Counted from the stretch's first letter, positions 15,701-23,990 are shown. The stretch is DNA of 32,101 bases from Methanobacteriota archaeon (GCA_018650165.1 JABIGM010000030.1:1-32101), one strand, 5' to 3'. Numbers and translations are program-made. The notes: generated by a model not told the origin, from the letters alone.

Positions 15701-18645
15701 CCTGCAGAACGTGCCATTGTAACGAATACCGATGTGAACTCAGCACAGGTTCCCTCTTTCGCTCGATTTAGTAACTCATAGGAAATATCTGCTTCAGGTG
15801 CAGCGCCACTACCATTGTAATTACGTTTGAAATCATATGTTGCATTTCCATCTCGCAGGAATGTTGCAATCGCATCGGCCTTGGAATAAGCATCTGTAGC
15901 TCCTGCACTACTGATTACTTCATTTGTAATGTTCATGATAAGCGATTCTGGTAGAGATGAATTCAAGAATTGCTGTGGGAGAATGGTTTCGTAGGAGGAA
16001 TTGGTTCCTGCGATTGTATTAGCAGCAATTGTATCCCAATCGAACCAATATTCGTATTCTTCAACCCACATTTCAGTGAGAAGACCTGCGGTTATGTCAT
16101 AGGAATGGGTATCATTTGATCTTGCTATTGCCAAAGTTGCATCTGACCAGAAAGTGATATTGAACTGATAAGCAGACATTGGAACCTTGCCCGCTAAAAC
16201 AGGGTTTGCAAACGCAATATTCCATGCTACTGTATCATTTCCATAAGTTGACGGTGCCAAGTGTGTCATATTGGTATATGGTACAGTGATATCAGTGTAA
16301 GGATGCACATCGGTTTCCAGACCATATGCGGCACCAGTGTAGAAATCATAGGTATGAACTCTCCAGCGGTGGACTCTCTCCAAGTCGACAACACCACTCG
16401 TGTTGTTGGCCCAGAATACTACCTCGTTTTGGTCAGCATCGTCAGATGGGTCCCATGGGTTGAAAGGTGAACCTGCACAATTAGTGAACCAGAATAGTTG
16501 CGGACATTCGTCACCATCTAACATTCCTCCACCGTCTGTATCTGGGTTCCTCCAGTCTGTTCCGGTTTGATTCTCAACTGCATCAGGGATTCCATCGCCA
16601 TCAAAGTCTTCTGGAAGAAGGTCATCAGTCGGGTCATTTTCGGGATTTGATGAATCGAAATATTCTTGCTTATCGTTAACACCACCAGAATCGGTATCGG
16701 CATTATCATCATCAGTCGACCATATGTCCTGACTGCCATTCGTAATTCCGATCCAAGAATTGTCACATCCTGTTGTGACCTCGAAATAATTGTTTAATCC
16801 ATCACCGTCGTCGTCAAGATTATTGTCACACGGTTCCATTGGGTCTGTTCCAGACATTACTTCATCGTAATCAATGACTCCATCCCCATCTGAATCTGCA
16901 AGTGTCGGATTTGAGAAGTAGCCATACACTCCAAGAGTTTCTTCCCAGTCTGCTAGGCCATCACCATCTGAATCAGAATAGTCGTCATCACAGTAATTCG
17001 GGAAAGAACCGCCTGAAATATCATGGCACCATGAATTGTTTCTGCTTTCTATTGAAGCTCCAGAAGGCGGAGTTACAGATACCCCTTGCAGTACACTGTT
17101 TACCACACCACCATAAGAGAATTGAGTATACGCCCCTGAATTATTGTAGAAGGCGATCCCCCCAGAGGGGCGTAGTCCTGAGGCATCGGTTAGAGTCAAT
17201 TGGCTGGAACCCGAATTGTAGGACACTATGGTTGAAGTAAATTGAATTAGAGAATCACAAGGGTCAGTCCCATGGGAAGCATTTGATTCATCACCATCGT
17301 TTACTCCACCAGAATCGGTATCCGCAACATTCCACGATGTGCAGGAAAGATTCTCTTGCCAATTCTCTAGTCCATCATTGTCAAAGTCACCAGAATCTTC
17401 ACGACGGGTTGGGTCTGTCTCATTGGCATCGATCAAGCCGTTGCCGTTCTTGTCTTCATCACCATCATCAAACGCATCTCCGTCCGTGTTATTGTTACGA
17501 GGGTCACTGGCTTGAGCAGGACTACCATATTGTCCGTTAATCTCAACGCCATCATTTATTCCATCGCCATCGGTATCTGCATTGGTAGGGTCTGTAAGAA
17601 GAGTCAGTGCTTCATGTGAATCGTTTAGTCCATCATTATCAGTATCTGAATCAAGTGGATTAGTTGATGTTACGCCATCGGTTTCTGCTGTCATTGTTGC
17701 ACAGCCACCTGGGCCAATTCCGAGGTGTGGCGAACATGGTGTTGTTGTTTCAGTAAACGAACCTGAAGGTCCTGGCCTGTAACATGGCTGTCCACCACAA
17801 GTAGTTGTCCAAGATGGATTGATATATTCGTAGAGATTGATTAAGCCATCACCATCTGGGTCACCATTAGCACCATCTGCATTTGAAGCAGATGTTGCAT
17901 TCAGATTGTTTGAAGCTTCCCAACCATCAGGCATACCATCACCATCGGTGTCCCAGCCATCAGGGTCTTCGTCGTATAATCCATCGCCATCATCATCATT
18001 GGTGGCACAATCAGCATCCCCATCGAAATCATTGTCAGCTGAATCTACCATGCCATCCTTGTCATTGTCAAATCCATCTGTACAGATATTTCCAACTGGA
18101 TCTTCATCGCAAAGAATGACACTTCCGGTACCATCAGAACCTGAATCGCCACATGCTAACTGGTTGTATTGCATGGCGTTTTCTTCGTCCCAATTATTCA
18201 CTGGAATGGTTCCATTCCACCAAACACCGTTATCTAGTTCAGATGTGGTTGAAGAAAGGTCCCAATTCGAAGGTTGGCCGTAATTATATTCCTGTAAATT
18301 AGAGAAACCATCGCCATCAGGATCACCGATTGCACCGTCACTATTACTGCTCGAAAGTGGGTCTAATCCATACTGCCATTCCCAGCCATCTGGTAACTGA
18401 TCATTGTCAGAATCCCAGTCATTAGGCTGGGTGTTAATGAGGTACTCAAGCCCATAAGTCAAACCATCTCCATCTTGGTCTGTAGCTGCAAGGGCAGTGA
18501 AAGATACGAACTCAATTGACGCAATAGTTGAGAACAACATCAGCATTGCAAGTCCTAGGGACTTGAGCTTCTTTTGATCTAGTTCCCTAATCAATTTAGG
18601 ACGAGCGGAAGATTGGATAGAGGAGATACGCAATGCTGACACCAT
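9751..18645 (-). CDS. Giant (2964 aa) cell-surface protein: Ca-binding DxDxDG repeats, transglutaminase-like domain, Ig-like repeats, TM helix, DUF4129-like tail
   Basis: Signal/TM at the N-terminus and >20 DxDxDG..D..E repeats. Then GTCAEFTSVFVTMARSAGLPARFVTGY (TGase-like core) and repeated ~100-aa beta-rich units (G.L.D..G.PL...T...G.F). C-terminal TM WWAYIVALLVIGAGAAFVIMRRR, then ...ETVREF...FEEARYS. Confidence 0.88.
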   Translation of the reverse strand: MVSALRISSIQSSARPKLIRELDQKKLKSLGLAMLMLFSTIASIEFVSFTALAATDQDGDGLTYGLEYLINTQPNDWDSDNDQLPDGWEWQYGLDPLSSSNSDGAIGDPDGDGFSNLQEYNYGQPSNWDLSSTTSELDNGVWWNGTIPVNNWDEENAMQYNQLACGDSGSDGTGSVILCDEDPVGNICTDGFDNDKDGMVDSADNDFDGDADCATNDDDGDGLYDEDPDGWDTDGDGMPDGWEASNNLNATSASNADGANGDPDGDGLINLYEYINPSWTTTCGGQPCYRPGPSGSFTETTTPCSPHLGIGPGGCATMTAETDGVTSTNPLDSDTDNDGLNDSHEALTLLTDPTNADTDGDGINDGVEINGQYGSPAQASDPRNNNTDGDAFDDGDEDKNGNGLIDANETDPTRREDSGDFDNDGLENWQENLSCTSWNVADTDSGGVNDGDESNASHGTDPCDSLIQFTSTIVSYNSGSSQLTLTDASGLRPSGGIAFYNNSGAYTQFSYGGVVNSVLQGVSVTPPSGASIESRNNSWCHDISGGSFPNYCDDDYSDSDGDGLADWEETLGVYGYFSNPTLADSDGDGVIDYDEVMSGTDPMEPCDNNLDDDGDGLNNYFEVTTGCDNSWIGITNGSQDIWSTDDDNADTDSGGVNDKQEYFDSSNPENDPTDDLLPEDFDGDGIPDAVENQTGTDWRNPDTDGGGMLDGDECPQLFWFTNCAGSPFNPWDPSDDADQNEVVFWANNTSGVVDLERVHRWRVHTYDFYTGAAYGLETDVHPYTDITVPYTNMTHLAPSTYGNDTVAWNIAFANPVLAGKVPMSAYQFNITFWSDATLAIARSNDTHSYDITAGLLTEMWVEEYEYWFDWDTIAANTIAGTNSSYETILPQQFLNSSLPESLIMNITNEVISSAGATDAYSKADAIATFLRDGNATYDFKRNYNGSGAAPEADISYELLNRAKEGTCAEFTSVFVTMARSAGLPARFVTGYSGGSWTGNGYAVYGANLNQWGEVRLEMSPGSGGDDLGWIPFEACPAPEEIEIVNITWTPTSYDRTGLVEMNVSGTLQYVDNVTVIPDVTLRGFVVSAADAGDVPGPAASIGNLFGTITTDSNGNFSMNGTMDTPATPGFASIVIEHIQSGYVSHDGIDLGVFVNMTDDSNITHNSPGPADSPVLGAGATTVVSGQLLFAHNETGGSEDIGPLTVWLDFTSSEDGATNLSGTVGPGGVWEINVTLDELETKTNISATLGFSGWQDTSQSFAGTPQFHLRPSTHSITLDIRDAPNLTATIEGPGANNSILQIDELVYINGSTMSFGAVPSALSGNLSFGMRELNGGGTFVELFNQTVNGAFSISHILDINTTYVKAGEIELSLVFYPDSLNATDALNTSGSPWWLQGLLFLELQAQSQLRGNPVGIIVQVTDHLGGELDLNLSGNFTFDFDGTTENTTTDPGSSTLSPTFTTSSSLDAGDYAFDMAFDGNMYYLPSSNSSTLRIMGTIDVNVVVINDWTYLGNTTWVVGDISDDVTGAAVLGNDSIIMVQLLTVMGPIDLANGLLNNTTGTYNVTIVAPTNLPSGVYDLQIMTDFDTPSQPGGPYYQYVDAAVPPALPQMPSTTWGIESDVIVETPEGQPADIIAIMNSSVDLNSWVGDVADNSNVSGAQVNYILDYGGANISIGNAISDAEGNATLLWTVSGVDPGQYILRMEVLDDVSSPKIAGATRHWGNFTEVNVTVQVPSNIRVDSIPSTITAGVNFQVMGQVEDGDNASRNLTTAVALEMFWLDNPDEKLVNGVYTAINGSFNLSVPTDVLSNGTLRGPRTFVISVVEGSSAFYLTDTSNHSILVQGVTLFESMQPLNPMVVNRGEDVNMTLQMVESSNMWQPLGGYTIDVKFDETWLASNTTDAQGRTSFVHTIPFDQPLGLISISFYYNGSFDLLPAQRNLSTVTVRSITIMVVDPIVANPVAGDAFTITGTIESDNGSGLQLRNGAALSASVLFLIDDQPTGFTLSNGQILANGTWEATIALGSGFMAGTHIAEAQYIPSVNYYSGSSANQSFDSRGYTTLTFLTPTLDGVNQPSLNDRTDRGDDVNARLQLFDNTGSPVVGVQVTVTLNGTPVTTVGTTDALGIVDVNLTTPANLPVGFHNLNAEFLGTPGTIGLIGDNTSVLFVVLGQTEINITESSSAITAGDILYVNGTLLDDLGNPLQIDGVDSIAVVYLLIDGVPVSSVQSNSADGVFMFAWTSPENIAAGPHNIQTSFTGGRDWVNPIGEGDSANPEYYHASVDSVNFTVAVPTKILLLTQGGQVDREDTLTVQGRLLDIVDNPLEGETIEIWLGGIFLTNVTTGADGTFNAVHPVPADAELGPVLLETRFTGTLQYLPSSNNGTWNIYSKIFVEINIESPLAVDQMTTLDGFVGDNQMNPLSNMVVLVSIEGISIGNATTDANGNFSFDWQVPNIFTDGDHIVDAEVPAQGWYRAGQGNTTFFLAHRTGITIDIVDNDATRDDFWEVSGTLYDVDTALNDGLPGETILIYIDGSQVATAITSINGEFTTDIRAESAYARGAHLMTFSFEGSAGHLPIDSNSTVLVWADVTVHIDSAVSYVVRGDGINNPIVITGRVTEIGGQGVTIDAAELILGEGVDCGSSGSDARCINSNIIWNGGTFTLTAIAPSWMEPGPTQLSLQTPVNSSLYLRTGDAWTNSIAITIDATFDVDIEPIIEDEQEVVMGEITVTADDTGQGVEGIVINVYLEYANGIRINDLTIQTDSDGLAEFEFNSEIPYGDYSEYGPIVLKMTVTSNGILSTESVNAFNNDFSAGKSPDYTFADEGSNVPWWAYIVALLVIGAGAAFVIMRRRADEAAKELADIFSYTAELLAAGDSMREAIFQCYESLVHVLMGRGFLRRDFETVREFEMAIRSALPQLSEDALNALDNVFEEARYSRHEMGESHKANAQEALTRVVSELGQVIEIPNR
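16440..18483 (-). repeat. Thrombospondin type-3-like / Ca-binding DxDxDG protein repeats
   Basis: Recurrent DSDNDQLPDGWE, DPDGDGFSNLQE, DTDGDGMPDGWE, DTDNDGLNDSHE, DTDGDGINDGVE, DSDGDGLADWEE, DFDGDGIPDAVE, etc. Confidence 0.85.
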
Positions 18646-18664
18646 TATGACGGCTGATTACAAG

Positions 18665-18676
18665 GCACTTAAGGGA
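18665..18676 (-). promoter_or_regulatory. Candidate archaeal TATA box (CCCTTAAG) for the giant gene
   Basis: Lies ~25 nt upstream of ATG 18645 with no RBS, consistent with a leaderless mRNA. Confidence 0.4.
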
Positions 18677-18712
18677 AATGGAGTATTGTTCATACACAAT
18701 TGTTGGAAATTG

Positions 18713-18729
18713 TCTCCCCTACGGGGAGA
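18713..18729. other. Palindrome TCTCCCC-TAC-GGGGAGA
   Basis: Perfect 7-bp stem with a 3-nt loop, 26 nt after the stop of the 18755-21631 gene. Confidence 0.7.
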
Positions 18730-18754
18730 TAAAATCATAATTTAGCACTGAATA

Positions 18755-21631
18755 TTACAAATCTTCTAGTTCATCTAAAAGTTCTAAATCATCTTCTAAA
18801 TCATCTTCATTAACTACTGCTTCTGGGATTTCTCCAAGTGCTTCATCCATAGCAAACAACGATTTCTGTTCTTCCTCTAATACTGCAAATTCTCGAGCGG
18901 AACTCTGGCCCCTACGATAAACTGCCAAGAATATTACAACGATGATTCCAACATACAATCCAATCGTCTGTGGGCTTTCGAAATCTAGAGCGGAATTTAT
19001 GATACAATCCATGCCTTCGCAAGCCGTCGAGAATATGAACTTGGGTGTTTGCTTTAGATGCGACGTACTTACTTCGCTGTCTAGCGGTTCGATTGAAAAT
19101 TCGACTATTGCATCCTTGCCCGCAACTATATCATCTGCAGCCGTTAGAATCAAAGTAAATTCACTGTAATTAAAAGCTCCAATTTCAAGCAGAATTACGT
19201 TTCCAGATTCTGATGAACCGCTTGTGGTAAAACTAGCAGTCCATCCTTCAGGAAGGCTTTGTGCAGATATTATGACATCCAACTCGATGTTATTTGAATT
19301 CAGAACGCGGAAATCGATACTTTGTTCAGACCCCGGCAAGAAAGGAGTCAATTCAGTAACTCTTTCAACAAAGATTCGACCCGGTTTAACTTCTTCTTCC
19401 ACTATAATTTCAAGAGGTAAATCGAAGTATCTTGGATCGCCTTCAGAGACTTCTTCTGTTACACGCAGGTATAGAGTGTGGTTACCCGCAGTTACCTGGT
19501 CGCGCATTTCAATTGTCAATTCAACATCTCCAGAACTATCTGGCATCAAACGTATTGCAACAATATCACTTCCATTGTCATCTAGCATAGTGTAGTCCCA
19601 TGCACCATATTGAGGATTCTCATCGGTGTTTTTCGCCAGTTTATCAGGGGAGATTAGTCTCCAAGTATTCTGTGTTCCTTCATCTGTACTATCTGTAATT
19701 CGAATATCAAAACTAACTTCGGAACCTGGTGCAACTGGTCCGACACTTCCAATTTCTTGGCCATCAGAATCAGAGATAACTTCGGCAAGAATACCGAATG
19801 TTCGGTGCACAGTAAAAGAAGTCATTGAACTCAATTGATCATCGCCTGTACTGAAACAATTCAATGTAAACATACCAATATCAACATCATCTCTCGAGGT
19901 TGGAGGGTAGATTTTCATTACAACCGACAGAATCTCATGTGAACCGAGGTCAGGGGTAACTGCATAGATTCCTTCTGTTACTAATTCTGCACCGGTATCA
20001 TTGTCGTAAAAGACATACATCCAACTTGAACTTGGCATATTTTCGATTTTTATTTTGAAAGTGTCTGTATCAAAACCTGCATTGAATACATCAATGTAGA
20101 ATTCACCTACTTCATCCGAGTCAATGTAATGGGAGAGTGTTTCATCAAATGCTTCTGGGCGGTTTGAATCTGCAATCTGAATCTGATGTTCTTCATCTTC
20201 ATAGACATTCAATCTAGGGGGGGAGAACACTCCAACCTCTTCAATATCAAGAATCAACTTCTCGATTACAACTTCTTCACGGATATTTTCTTCATTTTCA
20301 ACAAATCCACGTGCCCATACCTCTATTCGGTCTGGAGCTGTTGATAAATCACCATCTGGCGCTTCTATCGATAGAGTTGCAATCTTGAATGAACCCCCGC
20401 CGTTCAATGAATATCCTGCAGGTTGGTCCCAATTAGGTTCAGACCAAGTTCCCGGTAATGAAGTAAATAATTCAAACTCGACTTCCATAGCAATTCCCGC
20501 AGAACCTGTGTGCTCTACCATAAATTCAACACTACTGATTTGACCGGGAGCAATTAGAACATCATCGGGCTGGCCCGTAGGAAGAGATAGGAACATCCCA
20601 TATTCCATGAATTCTAATCCAGGATGACTGTAGACAACTGTATGACCCTGTACATCTGTTATTTCCAATTGTAACGAATATTCTCCAGCTGCAATTCCTG
20701 CATCATAAGTCCAAGTATAATTTCCAACTAAACCGTTGTTATCAAGTCTTAAGTCATCATCTTCAAACTCTTTGTCGAATACTGAATTTGTTCCAGATGG
20801 AGTTGATAATACAAGATCTACTGAATGAATGTCGTCCCTGCCGAAAGCATCTCTAACATCAACCGAAAATTGGATTGTTCTAAATTCAGGACGATGGTTT
20901 GGAGACCATTCTAATTGTTCTGCGTCAGTCCAAATACCACCCGGTGCGTGTACTTTAACACTAGAATCTGCAAGTGCATTTGCTTTCACAGATAATCTGG
21001 AAAAACTGTTAGTACTGTCTAAATCTCCATAGGCGACCTCAACATCACAATCACCTTGCCCTATACCTCCTTGACCTTCACAAGTTGCAGAGGCATCTAT
21101 CTGTAGGCGTAATTGTGAACCCTGTTCTACGGTAAAGCCATCTTCAGGGACATCGAAAGAGATTTCGTTTATTGTCCATGCACAACCGGAACCCGGCAAG
21201 ACACTATCTTGACATGGCGAGGTTAGTTCCTGTGACACTGTATATGCCGCCCCACCTACCGAATTGAGAGTATATGTCAAATCAGCAGTTGAGCCTTCTT
21301 GGCCTTTGAATTTTAGGAAGATGTAAAGATTGACTTCGGAAGCACTTCCTTCACCATAGATTGTGATATCACTAATCAAATCATCAGAACGGAACTCCAC
21401 ACCAGATAGTATGCTTGCCTCTTTCTGGGAACCTTCAGGTTCCATGGTAGAAATCGAACCATCGCCGCCCGAGCCACTCTCCTCATCTAGATACAAATTA
21501 TAATTTTGCAAATTTGCAGGAACTTCCTTTTCAACAGGGTCATCTGCAAGAGTTTCATACTCCATGGCAGGAAGTCCTGAAGACAGCATCAATAGCAGCA
21601 CGAGGACAGGAACAAATCGCGATTTAAGCAT
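18755..21631 (-). CDS. Large membrane-anchored extracellular protein with Ig-like beta-sandwich repeats
   Basis: Signal peptide, Cys pairs in the N-domain, and repeated F.i...N.G...D/NEW3-like units. C-terminal TM (IGLYVGIIVVIFLAVYRR) and acidic tail (DDLEDDLELLDELEDL). ATG at 21631; in-frame TTG/GTG at 21640/21637. Confidence 0.75.
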   Translation of the reverse strand: MLKSRFVPVLVLLLMLSSGLPAMEYETLADDPVEKEVPANLQNYNLYLDEESGSGGDGSISTMEPEGSQKEASILSGVEFRSDDLISDITIYGEGSASEVNLYIFLKFKGQEGSTADLTYTLNSVGGAAYTVSQELTSPCQDSVLPGSGCAWTINEISFDVPEDGFTVEQGSQLRLQIDASATCEGQGGIGQGDCDVEVAYGDLDSTNSFSRLSVKANALADSSVKVHAPGGIWTDAEQLEWSPNHRPEFRTIQFSVDVRDAFGRDDIHSVDLVLSTPSGTNSVFDKEFEDDDLRLDNNGLVGNYTWTYDAGIAAGEYSLQLEITDVQGHTVVYSHPGLEFMEYGMFLSLPTGQPDDVLIAPGQISSVEFMVEHTGSAGIAMEVEFELFTSLPGTWSEPNWDQPAGYSLNGGGSFKIATLSIEAPDGDLSTAPDRIEVWARGFVENEENIREEVVIEKLILDIEEVGVFSPPRLNVYEDEEHQIQIADSNRPEAFDETLSHYIDSDEVGEFYIDVFNAGFDTDTFKIKIENMPSSSWMYVFYDNDTGAELVTEGIYAVTPDLGSHEILSVVMKIYPPTSRDDVDIGMFTLNCFSTGDDQLSSMTSFTVHRTFGILAEVISDSDGQEIGSVGPVAPGSEVSFDIRITDSTDEGTQNTWRLISPDKLAKNTDENPQYGAWDYTMLDDNGSDIVAIRLMPDSSGDVELTIEMRDQVTAGNHTLYLRVTEEVSEGDPRYFDLPLEIIVEEEVKPGRIFVERVTELTPFLPGSEQSIDFRVLNSNNIELDVIISAQSLPEGWTASFTTSGSSESGNVILLEIGAFNYSEFTLILTAADDIVAGKDAIVEFSIEPLDSEVSTSHLKQTPKFIFSTACEGMDCIINSALDFESPQTIGLYVGIIVVIFLAVYRRGQSSAREFAVLEEEQKSLFAMDEALGEIPEAVVNEDDLEDDLELLDELEDL

Positions 21632-21696
21632 GCGCACCAATATACCGTCTGCGTCGGGGTGTTAAACCGTTTTGCACTCATTGTACCCTAAGAGAG

Positions 21697-21711
21697 TCAC
21701 CCTACGGGTGA
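21697..21711. other. Palindrome TCACCC-TAC-GGGTGA
   Basis: Perfect 6-bp stem with the same CCC-TAC-GGG core as 18713-18729, 2 nt after the YHYH gene stop. Confidence 0.7.
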
Positions 21712-21713
21712 AT

Positions 21714-23990
21714 TTAATTCCGCCGAAGAGTCCATGCAGTTGTTACACAAAGTCCGATAATTAGCAGTGCCATAGGGTCGAAACTCCAGTCATCAAGAAC
21801 CGAAATCTCAGCTTGTCCACCAGGTCCGCCTTCACAGCCTTCAGGAGGAGGGCCAATTCCTGGGCCCCACGTCTCTCCAAATCCTTCACAATCTCCACCG
21901 CCTTGGCCACCGCCAGTATCGCTAGACATATCGGCCTCACCATAGTAGCAAATCAAGAAGTAAGGGAATCCCATATCGCCATCTCCATTCTGCATAGCTG
22001 TGTGGTAATGATAGATTCCTTGAGGGAAGTCAGGAGTTGGTCCGAAATGGCCATTACATTGATCTAAATCTCCCAATCCTGGAGTATATTTGTAATCATC
22101 AATACCATTGTATCCTGTTTCACCATTTTTCAATTCATAAGAACTCTTCATTTCTACAATATTCATATTGTCATCATATCCCCAGAACCCATAAATCGGG
22201 TAGCCATCAAAAGCCACACCAATTACCATTGAATGGTTTCCATCATAGGTATTTTGGGCTACTGCTTGTATTGTTGAATCGTCATAATCATTTTCGATAG
22301 ATTCTCCCGGTTCAGCGTGCCAATGCATACAGTTTCCATCTGCATGGTAATGATAGGTTCCACCTTGTGCTGCGTGACCATGACAAATGCCCAATTCAAT
22401 CGGCTGTCTATCTTCATTGTAAGCTCCATGCTCAGCAGCCACCGCATCTCCCCCGGGTCCATCTTCTGGCCCAAATATTGGAACTCCATTGATTGCTACC
22501 GCAACCGCTCCACGCTCGGGTGCGCACTCTTGAGCACCGTTTGCTTCTGGGCAATTTGTGCTATCATGACCACCAGTGGTGTCGTTTACCGGCGTCCTTG
22601 GAATAGACCATGTATATGCTTGTGCAGTAGCGCAATCCCCTGCTTGTGAGCAGGCCAAAGTTGATTCAAAGTCGTGATTTGGTAATCCATTTGTTGTAAT
22701 AATAAGATGGGTCTCGTTCAAAGTGATTGAAACTTCACATTGATGGTTCTCGGTTTCTGAAGTCGTTAAATCATCAACTAAAGGCCGGTCATCTGTCGAT
22801 TGGCACTGGAAAAAGTCAAGCCAAAATTGTGCTAAATCATTGATATCATATCCCAATTCAATTACACTCAATGTAATACTTGCAGTTCCAGACCCGGCTG
22901 TATTATTTGCATATACGGTAAAAATAGTTTCAGGCATAACCATTGTAGGTGTTCCACTGATACGTCCAGAATTGTTATCGAAACTAATTCCAGTTGGTAG
23001 TGCAGGATAAATTTCCCATGACACTATGTGACCACCTACACTTGTGAAAGAAATATCGGTCATCTCAGTATCATTAGTTAGAACTTGAGATGCTGTATAG
23101 GGAGTGATTGAAGGCGATGTAATAACCGCAGATATTTGGATTGTATCCTTACAGAAATCAGTTCCATCATCTACATAGAATTCCATTGTATAATTTCCAA
23201 TAAGATCGGGTGTGAATTCTGCAACAATACTTGAAGGATTGACAATAGTGGCTGTTGAGTTCTCAGGAGCCGATAAAATCACCCATGATGGATTCTCTAA
23301 AACATCATCATCAGCATCGGCTGTATTACTGGCATCAAGGTATGCTAATTCGTTTACATCAGTCGTTAGGTTCTGACCTGCATCACAGACTGGCAGAGTG
23401 TTTACTCCATTGTCGGTTTCATTACCATTATCGGTTTCATTACCATTATCGGTCTCATTCCCATTGCTTTCATTGGATTCATCAGCAGGAATTACAAAAG
23501 TCAAAATTTCAGACCAAGTGTCTTCAGGAAGATTGTGTGCTTGGAAAGTAAGAGTAATATTCGCACTTTTATCTTCAACATCAATTTCAAAAACCCATGA
23601 ACCATCCATATTAGTAGCCAGGTTATCACCACTATCGTTTCCGTCAGCAGATTCTATAGTCCACTGGATACGCACCTCCATTGGATGGTCGTGAATCACA
23701 TTGCCAGATACAAATTGCTCTCCTTCTAGTGACACCAATATTGCTTCGAGTACTGGGGCGGAATGAGGGTGGTTTCTGTGATCAATCACATCCTCATCGG
23801 AACTATCCGAACAATCTTCTTTACCATCATTGCGTAATTCCGCAGATATCTCTTCACCATCGTCACAAGCGAAAATATCTAGATCTGAAGTGGTATTGTC
23901 ATCATCATTTACAGTTTTGTCAATCGCAATATACCCAAAAACCGAACAAACAAGTACAAATGTCAGCACAATTGGCGCCATTTTACTCAT
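21714..23990 (-). CDS. Multidomain YHYH-family surface protein (LDLa-like, PKD-like, putative Ig, YHYH, C-terminal TM)
   Basis: CDDGEEI...NDGKEDCSDSSDE (LDLa-like), CDAGQNLT...LDASNTADADDD (PKD-like), LPTGISFDNNSGRISGTPT (He_PIG-like). YHYH core: NGLPNH, AINGVPIFGP, TYHYH, IGVAFDGYPIYG, LDQCNGHFGPTPDFP.GIYHYH. TM plus RRN tail. Start is likely ATG 23990 or 23981. Confidence 0.88.
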   Translation of the reverse strand: MSKMAPIVLTFVLVCSVFGYIAIDKTVNDDDNTTSDLDIFACDDGEEISAELRNDGKEDCSDSSDEDVIDHRNHPHSAPVLEAILVSLEGEQFVSGNVIHDHPMEVRIQWTIESADGNDSGDNLATNMDGSWVFEIDVEDKSANITLTFQAHNLPEDTWSEILTFVIPADESNESNGNETDNGNETDNGNETDNGVNTLPVCDAGQNLTTDVNELAYLDASNTADADDDVLENPSWVILSAPENSTATIVNPSSIVAEFTPDLIGNYTMEFYVDDGTDFCKDTIQISAVITSPSITPYTASQVLTNDTEMTDISFTSVGGHIVSWEIYPALPTGISFDNNSGRISGTPTMVMPETIFTVYANNTAGSGTASITLSVIELGYDINDLAQFWLDFFQCQSTDDRPLVDDLTTSETENHQCEVSITLNETHLIITTNGLPNHDFESTLACSQAGDCATAQAYTWSIPRTPVNDTTGGHDSTNCPEANGAQECAPERGAVAVAINGVPIFGPEDGPGGDAVAAEHGAYNEDRQPIELGICHGHAAQGGTYHYHADGNCMHWHAEPGESIENDYDDSTIQAVAQNTYDGNHSMVIGVAFDGYPIYGFWGYDDNMNIVEMKSSYELKNGETGYNGIDDYKYTPGLGDLDQCNGHFGPTPDFPQGIYHYHTAMQNGDGDMGFPYFLICYYGEADMSSDTGGGQGGGDCEGFGETWGPGIGPPPEGCEGGPGGQAEISVLDDWSFDPMALLIIGLCVTTAWTLRRN
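23407..23474 (-). repeat. 18-bp tandem repeat encoding (GNETDN)x3
   Basis: CCATTGTCGGTTTCATTA / CCATTATCGGTTTCATTA / CCATTATCGGTCTCATTC plus a partial copy. Each unit contains an N-E-T sequon. Confidence 0.9.

Noticed and set aside
9798-21032. Many plus-strand ORFs inside the giant minus-strand genes (e.g. 13223-13651, 17837-18283)
   Set aside because: Antisense shadows: Ser/Pro/Val-rich translations mirror the Asp/Gly/Thr codon bias of the real strand. The same applies to shadows of traB, gdhA and the dehydrogenase operon.
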